Positions 24,685 through 32,000 of a DNA stretch of 32,000 nt are shown here, one piece after another. The stretch's first letter is position 1. Each line of letters opens with the position of its first letter. Under the pieces are notes generated by a model. It had not been told where the DNA came from and ran no database searches. It saw only the letters and a list, made by a program, of their open reading frames with translations. A program made the position numbers and the translations under genes. Source of the DNA: an archaeon (GTDB lineage Archaea; Iainarchaeota; Iainarchaeia; Iainarchaeales; JANQMZ01). The DNA lies in the NCBI GenBank assembly GCA_028279805.1, contig JANQMZ010000007.1:90001-122000 (forward strand). Direction: 5' to 3'.

Positions 24685-25026
24685 TTAAACAAGTTTTGTT
24701 GCTGTAATAACATGTTTTTCAAATTCTGTTATTCTGCCTTTTTCAAAATTTAATCCTTCTTCTTTTAACATTTTTTGCTTTTTTTTGGTTCCAAATGCAA
24801 ATCCGCCTGTTTTCCCTGAAGTTTTTACAACCCGGTGGCATGGCACTTCAGGCATTCCCGGGCTTTTGTTTAAGGCATTTCCCACAGCTCTTGCTTTTTT
24901 TTCAGAACCGCATGCTTTTGCTATCTCCTTATATGTTGAAATTTTTCCTTTTGGAATTTGTTTTGTGTAAAACCAGACTTTTTGGTTAAAACTATTCGTA
25001 TAATTTTTTTGATTCAATATATTCAC
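24685..25026 (-). CDS. ogt: Methylated-DNA--protein-cysteine methyltransferase (MGMT/Ogt)
   Basis: VWFYTKQIPKGKISTYKEIAKACGSEKKARAVGNALNKSP, active site VPCHRVV. Confidence 0.92.
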   Translation of the reverse strand: MNILNQKNYTNSFNQKVWFYTKQIPKGKISTYKEIAKACGSEKKARAVGNALNKSPGMPEVPCHRVVKTSGKTGGFAFGTKKKQKMLKEEGLNFEKGRITEFEKHVITATKLV

Positions 25027-25594
25027 GCACTTTTTCAGGAACCAAAACTTCGATTCCCTGTTTTTCTTTTGAACGTTTTCTCACTTCACTTGACGAAATG
25101 TTTGTAACAATTGATGCATCAATAACAACAGCATTGTTTTTTTTAACCCATTTGTGTTTTAACAATTTTTCTTTTTTGTCGCCTGACATAGGAACAACAA
25201 TAAACTGAATTTGTTTGACAAGTTCCTCAATGTTTTTCCATTTGTCAAGCTCATCCAAAAGCTTTGAGCCTATAATCCATTTAAAAGTGTGCTGAGGATA
25301 AATCTGTTTTAATGCTTTTACTGTGTCAATTGTATAAGTTTTTTCTGAAACACCTTGATTTTTTTTGATTTCAAAATCTGACACTTCAATATTTTCAAAA
25401 TTTTTTTCAACAAATTTTAACAGTTTCATTCTGTATTCAATCGGAGCTGCAAGTTCTTTTGGCTTTAAAGCATGGATATAGCAGGGCATGAGCCATATTT
25501 TTTCACAATCTGTTTTTTTTAAAACTTCTTCAGCTGCAATCAAATGCCCCAAATGAACAGGGTTAAAAGAGCCTCCTAAAATTCCTATAATCAT
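24992..25594 (-). CDS. nadD: Nicotinate-nucleotide adenylyltransferase, bacterial NadD type
   Basis: IGILGGSFNPVHLGHLIAAEEVLKK, GVSEKTYTIDTVKALKQIYP, FKWIIGSKLLDELDKWKNIEEL, ISSSEVRKR. Confidence 0.88.
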   Translation of the reverse strand: MIIGILGGSFNPVHLGHLIAAEEVLKKTDCEKIWLMPCYIHALKPKELAAPIEYRMKLLKFVEKNFENIEVSDFEIKKNQGVSEKTYTIDTVKALKQIYPQHTFKWIIGSKLLDELDKWKNIEELVKQIQFIVVPMSGDKKEKLLKHKWVKKNNAVVIDASIVTNISSSEVRKRSKEKQGIEVLVPEKVREYIESKKLYE

Positions 25595-25602
25595 TTCAAC
25601 AC

Positions 25603-26352
25603 CTATTTCACAACAAAAGGCATTTTTGTTTTATGCCTGTTGCTTTCAACCATTTTTAAAATTTTTTCCACAAATTCAGGGTTAAACTTTTTTTTAATTT
25701 CCTCTGCTTTAACATTTTTTTCATATGCCTGCAAAATTTTGTCAATTTCTTCATACTTGCCGCCTATCTCATCTTCGTCAAGCTGCCCGTGATACAATTC
25801 TGCTGTTGGCTCTTTTTCAATTATTTCAACAGGAACTTTTTTTAGTTTTGCAATTTCTTTAACCTCTGTTTTATACAGGTCTCCGATAGGAAGCAAATCA
25901 ACTCCCCCATCACCATATTTTGTAAAATATCCAATCATTAACTCTGTTTTGTTTCCTGTGCCCACAACAAGCGCATTGTTTGAATTTGCATAAGAATAAA
26001 GTAAAATCATCCGGCTTCTTGCATTAATATTCATTTCAGCATAATCTGACAAATCCCAATCCACTTTTTGAAAAGTTTTTACAAAATCATCAATTGCATA
26101 TTCAACAAATTTAACATTAAGCTTTTCACACCATTCAGCTGCATGCTTAACGCCCTCTTTTGAACTTATTTTTGTATTGGGCATTAAAAGGGCGGTAACA
26201 TTTTCACTTCCCAAAGCATTTTTTGTTACAAGCAAAGTCAAAGCGGAATCAATTCCCCCTGAAACACCTATAACCGCTTTTTTGTAACCATTTTTTTCAA
26301 AATATTGGTTTGTTTTTTTTACAACGTTTTCAAATTTTTGTTCAAAATTCAA
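25603..26352 (-). CDS. nadE: NAD+ synthase (ammonia-dependent)
   Basis: AVIGVSGGIDSALTLLV, GTGNKTELMIGYFTKYGDGGVDLLPIGDLYKTEV, EPTAEL....DEDEIGGKYEEID. Confidence 0.94.
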   Translation of the reverse strand: MNFEQKFENVVKKTNQYFEKNGYKKAVIGVSGGIDSALTLLVTKNALGSENVTALLMPNTKISSKEGVKHAAEWCEKLNVKFVEYAIDDFVKTFQKVDWDLSDYAEMNINARSRMILLYSYANSNNALVVGTGNKTELMIGYFTKYGDGGVDLLPIGDLYKTEVKEIAKLKKVPVEIIEKEPTAELYHGQLDEDEIGGKYEEIDKILQAYEKNVKAEEIKKKFNPEFVEKILKMVESNRHKTKMPFVVK

Positions 26353-26420
26353 AGGAAAAAACCTGTGCGAAGTCTTATTAATTGTTTTCCTGTAAAAGCT
26401 TTAAAAAGAGGCTGTGTAAT

Positions 26421-27089
26421 ATGCGTATTATAATTTCAGGCCCTCCGGGAGCAGGTAAAAGTTTTTTGGCACAGGATTTAGCCAAAAGATTCGGCTTAAC
26501 CGTTGTTCACGCTTCACATATTTTAAAAGAATTAAGCAAAGAAAAAGGAGTAAAAAATGTTGATTCTGGTAAAACCAAAAGCAGTGAAGGTTTTTGGGAT
26601 TCAGATGAAGCTTCAGATTTTTTGCAAAAAAGATTAAAAGATGCAAAATATGATATTGCGCTTGATAAAAAACTTTTGGAAATTTTAAAAACAAAAGAAA
26701 ATGTTATTTTTGATTCAAGGACACTGCCATGGCTTTCAAAACCTTTGAAAGAGAAAGGCATTCAGATTTTTTGCATATGGCTTGATGCAAGTGAAACTGT
26801 GAGAGCCCAGAGAATAACAAGCAGGGATAAAAAAACAAAAATAAAAAACCTGCAAACCAATGATGTTGAAGAAACTCGTGGAAACATGCAGCATAGGTAT
26901 GAAATTGACGGAAAAGTTTACCAGAATCTTTACGGAATTGAATACGGTGAGGATTTTACAGTATTTGACCTGATTTTGGATACGGATGACCTGCCAAAAA
27001 AGGATGTAGCAGAACTTGTTGCCAAAAAAATAAAAAAATATTACGAAAAAAGCAAGAAAAAGATAAAAAAAGAGCAAAAAAAAGCTTAA
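26421..27089 (+). CDS. Cytidylate kinase-like P-loop nucleoside monophosphate kinase; start refined to ATG 26421
   Basis: MRIIISGPPGAGKSFLAQDLAKRFGLTVVHAS, NVIFDSRTLPWL, RAQRITSRDK. Confidence 0.8.
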   Translation: MRIIISGPPGAGKSFLAQDLAKRFGLTVVHASHILKELSKEKGVKNVDSGKTKSSEGFWDSDEASDFLQKRLKDAKYDIALDKKLLEILKTKENVIFDSRTLPWLSKPLKEKGIQIFCIWLDASETVRAQRITSRDKKTKIKNLQTNDVEETRGNMQHRYEIDGKVYQNLYGIEYGEDFTVFDLILDTDDLPKKDVAELVAKKIKKYYEKSKKKIKKEQKKA

Positions 27090-27113
27090 TTTTTTTTCAA
27101 AAACACAAATTTA

Positions 27114-27320
27114 TTATGCGCTTTTTCTTGAAAGCCTTATGTCAGATTCTGTTATTGTTTTTCTGTTGGCATGGTTTGCAAAAGTCTTAGCCTGCTGGGC
27201 AATTTTTATTCCCTCTTCTTCTAGAATTTCAGCTAAAATTTTTACAGCTTCTTCACTTACTCTTCCGCCGCCGGCCTTCCTTATAATTCTGTCAACCGCA
27301 GCCAAAGGCAATTCACCCAT
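27114..27320 (-). CDS. Archaeal histone
   Basis: ELPLAAVDRIIRKAGGGRVSEEAVKILAEILEEEGIKIAQQAKTFANHANRKTITESDIRLS, a complete single histone fold. Confidence 0.96.
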   Translation of the reverse strand: MGELPLAAVDRIIRKAGGGRVSEEAVKILAEILEEEGIKIAQQAKTFANHANRKTITESDIRLSRKSA

Positions 27321-27350
27321 TATAAAAACCTCGTAATGATATTAAAACAG

Positions 27351-27364
27351 GTTTATATAAAAAG
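27351..27364 (-). promoter_or_regulatory. TATA box of the histone gene
   Basis: Minus strand CTTTTTATATAAAC about 31-44 nt upstream of the histone ATG, followed by an SD-like GAGGT. Confidence 0.6.
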
Positions 27365-27485
27365 ATTTGCTTTTTTTTTAAAAAATAAGCTCAAAAAACT
27401 CTTTTTTTATAAAATAAAACCCAAAAAACACTTTTTTTTCATTAAAAAAGGGTAATTAAATATTTTCCGCTTATTTTTTCATATA

Positions 27486-29723
27486 ATGCCTTTTGTTAAA
27501 CATCCGATGGTTAAAGAAGAACAGATCGAATCAAGAGTTTACCAGGAAGTAACCGTTGCAAAAATTTTGGAACAAGGTTCAACTCTTGTTGTAACTCCGA
27601 CAGCTTTAGGCAAAACGGTTTTAGCTGCGTTATTGTCAGCGCATATTCTTCACAATAATCCTGATAAAAAAATTCTTTTAATGGCGCCAACAAGGCCTTT
27701 GGCTGTTCAGCATTCCAACACTTTAATATCAAAATTAAAGCTTGAACCAGATGATGTTAAGGTTTTCACAGGCTCAATTCCTCCGGATGAAAGAAAAAAA
27801 CAATATCTTGAAACAAAAATTATTTGTGCAACACCCCAATGCATTGAAAATGACCTGATAACAGGCAGAATAAAACTTGACAATATTTCTTTATGCATTT
27901 TTGACGAAGCTCATCGCGGCGTAAAAGATTATGCTTATGTTTTTATTGCAAAACAGTTTGCAAGGCAAAGCAACGGAATAATTCTGGCATTAACAGCTTC
28001 ACCCGGATACACTCAGGAAAAAATTCAGGACATCTGCAAAAACCTGTTCATTAACAACATTGAAGTTAAAACATCCGAAGATGATGACGTGTCACCATAT
28101 GTTAACAAAATTAATCTGGAATGGCACAAAGTTGACTTGCCTCCGGATTTTTTGCAAATTTCAAGTTTGTTAAAAAAATCAATGCAGACAAACATTAACA
28201 TGCTTAAAAATATCGGCATAGTTCCCACAACAAATTTTAATTATTTTACAAAAAAAAGATTAATGGCTTTGCAGATTCAGATAAGAAAAAAAATTTCTTC
28301 AAACAAAAATGCAGCATCCCTTTACACTGCAGCTTCAAAAACAGCGGTGTTAATGAAACTGTCACATGCCTTAACATTGCTTGAAACACAGGGAATTTCA
28401 TCACTTTATGACTATTTTTCAAAAATTGAAAAAAAAGCAAGTTCAAAGGCAGACAAATCAATTCTGGCTGATGAAAATATTAAAAAAGCAATTCAAATTT
28501 TAAAAAAATTATTCAAGGAAAACAAAAAACACCCCAAACTTGATGCTTTAAAACAAATTTTAAAAGAACAGTTTTTACAAAACCCGGATTCAAGAGTTCT
28601 GGTTTTTAACCATTACAGGGCGTCCGTTAAGGAACTTGTAAAAGAATTGTCCAAAATTAATCCTGTAAAACCATCAGAATTTGTAGGGCAGGCAGCAAAA
28701 GAATCTGTAAAAGGCATGACTCAAAAAGAACAGGTTCAGGCAATTAAAGACTTTGAATCAGGCAAGTTTAATGTTCTGGTGGCAACATCTGTTGCAGAAG
28801 AAGGATTAGACATTCCTTCATGCGATTTGGTTATTTTTTATGAGCCTGTTCCGAGCGAAATAAGGCACATTCAGCGCAGGGGAAGAACAGGAAGATTAAA
28901 CCAGGGAAAAGCAATAATTTTAATGGCTAAAAATACAAGGGATGAGGGTTTTTACTGGGCTGCAAAAACAAAGGAGAAAAAAATGTTAAGCAATCTGGAT
29001 GAAATAAAAAAATCAGGCTTGTTGAAACAAAAGCAAACCACTTTGCACAAATTCCGCTCAGACATTAAAAACCAGATTTTAATTTACGCGGATACAAGAG
29101 AACAATCTTCAAAGGTTATAAAATTTTTAAAAGAAAAAGGAGCAGAAATTCATGTAAAACAGCTTGAAGTTGGTGATTTTGTTTTAACAGATTCAATTGC
29201 TATTGAAAGAAAAACCGTTGAAGATTTTTTAACAAGCATGCTGGACGGCCGCTTATTCAACCAGTTAATAAGTTTAAGCACAAACTATGAACAGCCTTTA
29301 CTGATTTTGGAAGGGGATCACAACGAATTGTTTTCTTTAAGAAACATTCATCCCAATGCAATTATCGGCGCATTAACTTCTATTGCCTTAAATTATCGCG
29401 TGCCAGTTTTGTATACAAAAGATGCTGAAGAAACAGCCCAATATATTTTTGTTACCGCAAAAAGAGAGCAAATCGGAAAAGACAAAGATATTCGTTTAAG
29501 AGTGGGGCGTTCCGGTTTAAGTGAAGAACAACTGCAGCAATTTATTGTTGAATCTTTGCCTATGACCGGCCCTCAGACAGCGAAAAACCTCTTAAAACAT
29601 TTTGGCTCGATTGAAAAACTTTTCACAGCTTCAGAAAAAGAAATACAGGAAGTTGAAAAAATGGGCCCCAAAAAAGCCAAAGCAATAAGAAAAATAATTG
29701 AATTGGAATTTGAGGAAAAATAA
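27486..29723 (+). CDS. hef: Hef-type helicase/nuclease (SF2 helicase + ERCC4 nuclease + HhH)
   Basis: STLVVTPTALGKTVLAA, CIFDEAHRG, GRTGR; nuclease AIERKTVEDFLTSMLDGRLFNQ; tandem HhH GPQTAKNLLKHFGSIEKLFTASEKEIQEVEKMGPKKAKAI. Confidence 0.93.
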   Translation: MPFVKHPMVKEEQIESRVYQEVTVAKILEQGSTLVVTPTALGKTVLAALLSAHILHNNPDKKILLMAPTRPLAVQHSNTLISKLKLEPDDVKVFTGSIPPDERKKQYLETKIICATPQCIENDLITGRIKLDNISLCIFDEAHRGVKDYAYVFIAKQFARQSNGIILALTASPGYTQEKIQDICKNLFINNIEVKTSEDDDVSPYVNKINLEWHKVDLPPDFLQISSLLKKSMQTNINMLKNIGIVPTTNFNYFTKKRLMALQIQIRKKISSNKNAASLYTAASKTAVLMKLSHALTLLETQGISSLYDYFSKIEKKASSKADKSILADENIKKAIQILKKLFKENKKHPKLDALKQILKEQFLQNPDSRVLVFNHYRASVKELVKELSKINPVKPSEFVGQAAKESVKGMTQKEQVQAIKDFESGKFNVLVATSVAEEGLDIPSCDLVIFYEPVPSEIRHIQRRGRTGRLNQGKAIILMAKNTRDEGFYWAAKTKEKKMLSNLDEIKKSGLLKQKQTTLHKFRSDIKNQILIYADTREQSSKVIKFLKEKGAEIHVKQLEVGDFVLTDSIAIERKTVEDFLTSMLDGRLFNQLISLSTNYEQPLLILEGDHNELFSLRNIHPNAIIGALTSIALNYRVPVLYTKDAEETAQYIFVTAKREQIGKDKDIRLRVGRSGLSEEQLQQFIVESLPMTGPQTAKNLLKHFGSIEKLFTASEKEIQEVEKMGPKKAKAIRKIIELEFEEK

Positions 29724-29775
29724 GGTTTAAACAGAATCAAAAAGCTATTTAAACATTGAATTAATTATAATAGCA

Positions 29776-31482
29776 ATGAAAAAAATTCTGTTATTAATAT
29801 TTTTACTTTCTTTTTCCCAGACAGTTTTGGCTTACTCAGGGCAATGCAGTTTTGTTCTTGATTCCGCTTTTACTTTAAATCCGACCAGATATGAACCAAT
29901 GATTTCATATGATTCTGGAACAAATACAGCCACTTTAAATGAAACAATTACTTGCAGTTCAACTTATGGTGTAAGGCTGGACATTCAGGGCTTAAATTTT
30001 AACTGTGCTGACAACACTTTTATTGAAGCTTCAAAAAAAAGCATTGGTATCTGGATTATTAATTCTGACATTACGGTTGACAACTGTAACATTAAATCAT
30101 CACATTCTTCAAATTATTCTTTTTCCAACGGAATAACACTTGACAGGCGTGCTGACAACGCTTTGATAAAAAACTCAACTGTTTCCAATGCCAGAACAAG
30201 AGGAATTTATGCCAACAGGACAAAAATTGTCACACTTGACAACATTAAAATTAATCCTTTGCAGCATTCAAACGGCTTTGTTTCAAGCATCGGAATTTAT
30301 TTCAGAGAACAAACAGGGGCATTATTAAAAAATTCCACAATTGACAATTCAGGAATAGGTGTTTACTCTATTCGCGGGAGCACAACTGAAATTGAAAATG
30401 TTCAGATTAATCCTGAAAATGAATCAAGCGGAACAGGTTCAAATACAGGCATTTATTTTAACAGAAACCAAAAAAGTGTTCTGAAAGGTTCAACAATTTT
30501 AAGCAGTTTAAGGGCTGTCAGAATTTATAATAGAAATTCTGAACTGCAGGCAGGTGAAATAACAAACAATGTTTTGTGCAGTGACAACCCGGCTTCAAAC
30601 CATGATTTGTACAGCACAGGCAAAGACCTGCCTCAAACTTTTTTAGACAGCATAACAGGAAACAATTTTGATTCAACAAACATTAAACAAAACTGGGACC
30701 CTTGGGAAAACAATTCAAAATGCAATGAGGAACCTCCTCCTCCGCCCCCTCAAAACGAATTAACTGCAACTATGTCTTCAAATCCGGCAACAGGTCCGTC
30801 CCCTCTGGATGTAACTTTTAATGCAACCTGTGAAGAATTAATAAATTCTGATCTGCGAAGCTGTTCACTTGATTTTGGAGACAATTCTGCTCCGTACGAT
30901 TTTTCAAATTGTTCTTTTCCAGCAAACACATGCTCTGACACTGTGTTGCATACTTACACTGCAACAACTTTTCCTACAAACTATCAGGCAATTTTAACAG
31001 CAACAGATTCAACTTCAACCAAAGATTTTTTTATTATTATAATTGTAACAGAACCACCTGAAGAACCTCCTGAAGAGCCTCCGCCTGAAGAACCGCCTCC
31101 GGAAGAACCTCCGGCACCAACAGAAAAATGCATTGAATTAAATGCACTGGATACAATTTCGGGCAATCCTGTTACAGTTACAGCTGATTGTTCATCTCCT
31201 TTGCAGGGCTCTGAAAAAATTAACCTGACGTTCAGAAACAATTTGGGGCAACAGGTTGATTCCGGAACAATTAATTGCAATTCAACTGATGATTTTTCAC
31301 AATTTAATGAAACCGGAATTTTTTCAGTCCGCGGAATAGACGATGGAGGTTTATGTTCAGATTTGGCTTTTTTTGCAGTAACCGCACCGGTTTCAACTGC
31401 AGGCATTCCTGAAATTCATCCGGTGTTTGCTTTGCTTATAGCATTAAGCGTTTTGTTTATTTTAAGAAATAAAAAACAATGA
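29776..31482 (+). CDS. Secreted surface protein: signal peptide, right-handed parallel beta-helix-like repeats, PKD-like domain, Pro/Glu linker, C-terminal sorting-like tail
   Basis: MKKILLLIFLLSFSQTVLAYSG signal; ADNALIKNSTVSNARTRGIYANRTKIVTLDNI repeats; SSNPATGPSPLDVTFNATC...LDFGDNS...HTYTAT; (PEEPP)n; PEIHPVFALLIALSVLFILRNKKQ. Confidence 0.88.
   Translation: MKKILLLIFLLSFSQTVLAYSGQCSFVLDSAFTLNPTRYEPMISYDSGTNTATLNETITCSSTYGVRLDIQGLNFNCADNTFIEASKKSIGIWIINSDITVDNCNIKSSHSSNYSFSNGITLDRRADNALIKNSTVSNARTRGIYANRTKIVTLDNIKINPLQHSNGFVSSIGIYFREQTGALLKNSTIDNSGIGVYSIRGSTTEIENVQINPENESSGTGSNTGIYFNRNQKSVLKGSTILSSLRAVRIYNRNSELQAGEITNNVLCSDNPASNHDLYSTGKDLPQTFLDSITGNNFDSTNIKQNWDPWENNSKCNEEPPPPPPQNELTATMSSNPATGPSPLDVTFNATCEELINSDLRSCSLDFGDNSAPYDFSNCSFPANTCSDTVLHTYTATTFPTNYQAILTATDSTSTKDFFIIIIVTEPPEEPPEEPPPEEPPPEEPPAPTEKCIELNALDTISGNPVTVTADCSSPLQGSEKINLTFRNNLGQQVDSGTINCNSTDDFSQFNETGIFSVRGIDDGGLCSDLAFFAVTAPVSTAGIPEIHPVFALLIALSVLFILRNKKQ
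31051..31115 (+). repeat. Degenerate in-frame Pro/Glu-coding tandem repeat (surface-protein linker)
   Basis: gaaccacctgaagaacctcctgaagagcctccgcctgaagaaccgcctccggaagaacct encodes EPPEEPPEEPPPEEPPPEEP. Confidence 0.8.
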
Positions 31483-31493
31483 AACAAATTAAT

Positions 31494-31925
31494 TTATTTT
31501 ATTTCAAGTTTGTGTCCTTTGCTTTCATCTTTTCCCGGATGTTTTTTTGGAATTGTTATTGTTAATATTCCATTGTTAAATTCTGCACCTGCCTTTTCAG
31601 CTACAACTTCCGCCGGCAAAGGTAATAATCTGCTGAAAGAAGAATAAGAACGTTCATGATAATAAAATCCTTTTTCTTCCTCTTCTTCTTTTTCAGATGT
31701 TTTTGCACTAATCCTTATTGAATCCGTTTCAACCTGAACATCAATGTTTTCTTTTTTTGCTCCGGGCAGTTCAGCTGTAACCTCAATTGCATCTCCCTTG
31801 TCAGCAATGTCAACCAAAGGCTGCCTTACATTTTTATCCATCGGCATTTCCCAGTTAAGGTTTTCTCCGAACAATCTTTTTCTCAGTTTTTTCATATCTT
31901 CAAATGGGTCCCATGTTTCCCTCAT
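31494..31925 (-). CDS. Hsp20 / alpha-crystallin small heat shock protein; start refined to ATG 31925
   Basis: VRQPLVDIADKGDAIEVTAELPGAKKENIDVQVETDSIRISAKT...FYYHERSYSSFSRLLPLP...AEFNNGILTITIPKK. SD GGAGGTG at 31934-31940. Confidence 0.93.
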   Translation of the reverse strand: MRETWDPFEDMKKLRKRLFGENLNWEMPMDKNVRQPLVDIADKGDAIEVTAELPGAKKENIDVQVETDSIRISAKTSEKEEEEEKGFYYHERSYSSFSRLLPLPAEVVAEKAGAEFNNGILTITIPKKHPGKDESKGHKLEIK

Positions 31926-32000
31926 AATCACAACACCTCCATCTTATACATAATTATTTCGCCAAAAAAATTTTTAAACTTATTTAAAATAATTCAAAAA

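Noticed and set aside
26428-27077. Several overlapping ORFs within and opposite the CMP-kinase-like gene
   Set aside because: The P-loop kinase frame is clearly coding; the others lack start signals and domain features.
31051-31115. Repeat considered as CRISPR or minisatellite
   Set aside because: In-frame Pro/Glu codon repetition inside a surface-protein linker, with no spacers.
1-32000. Search for CRISPR-Cas, toxin-antitoxin, restriction, retron, integrase or IS elements
   Set aside because: No protein or repeat in the supplied frames matches these. Hef is a genome-maintenance helicase/nuclease, not evidence of a defence island.

Overview
The window looks like gene-dense, AT-rich chromosomal DNA from an archaeon. 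Support for this is an archaeal histone, a Hef helicase/nuclease, a geranylgeranyl-reductase-family protein, TATA-type promoters and a GGTGA/GGAGG Shine-Dalgarno. A DPANN or related lineage is only an inference. About half the window (roughly 1-15.9 kb) is a surface-glycan / nucleotide-sugar region: two alkaline-phosphatase-superfamily proteins (one only as a 14-codon N-terminus at the edge), GT4 and GT2 glycosyltransferases, a divergent nucleotide-sugar dehydrogenase, a ferredoxin + FrhB-like protein, an alpha/alpha-toroid protein, a two-domain MDR + Gfo/Idh/MocA oxidoreductase, a UDP-glucuronate epimerase-like SDR, a UDP-glucuronate decarboxylase-like SDR, a sugar nucleotidyltransferase, class I FBP aldolase, GlpX-type FBPase and UDP-glucose dehydrogenase. 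The rest holds envelope redox-type proteins, a second nucleotidyltransferase, two large extracellular proteins (one with a PEF-CTERM-like tail), isoprenoid enzymes, tRNA-Gln(CUG), MGMT, NadD, NadE, a CMP-kinase-like protein, histone, Hef and Hsp20. I see no CRISPR array, transposon, toxin-antitoxin pair, integrase or recognisable defence system. The most interesting points are the compact 1.6-6.8 kb cluster joining an FrhB-like Fe-S protein to an uncharacterised toroid protein and a divergent sugar dehydrogenase; a probable non-canonical AUA start on the GT4 gene; a recurrent extended BRE/TATA motif; the C-terminal sorting-like tail; a possible small RNA between convergent genes at ~24.5-24.63 kb; and several start-site corrections.
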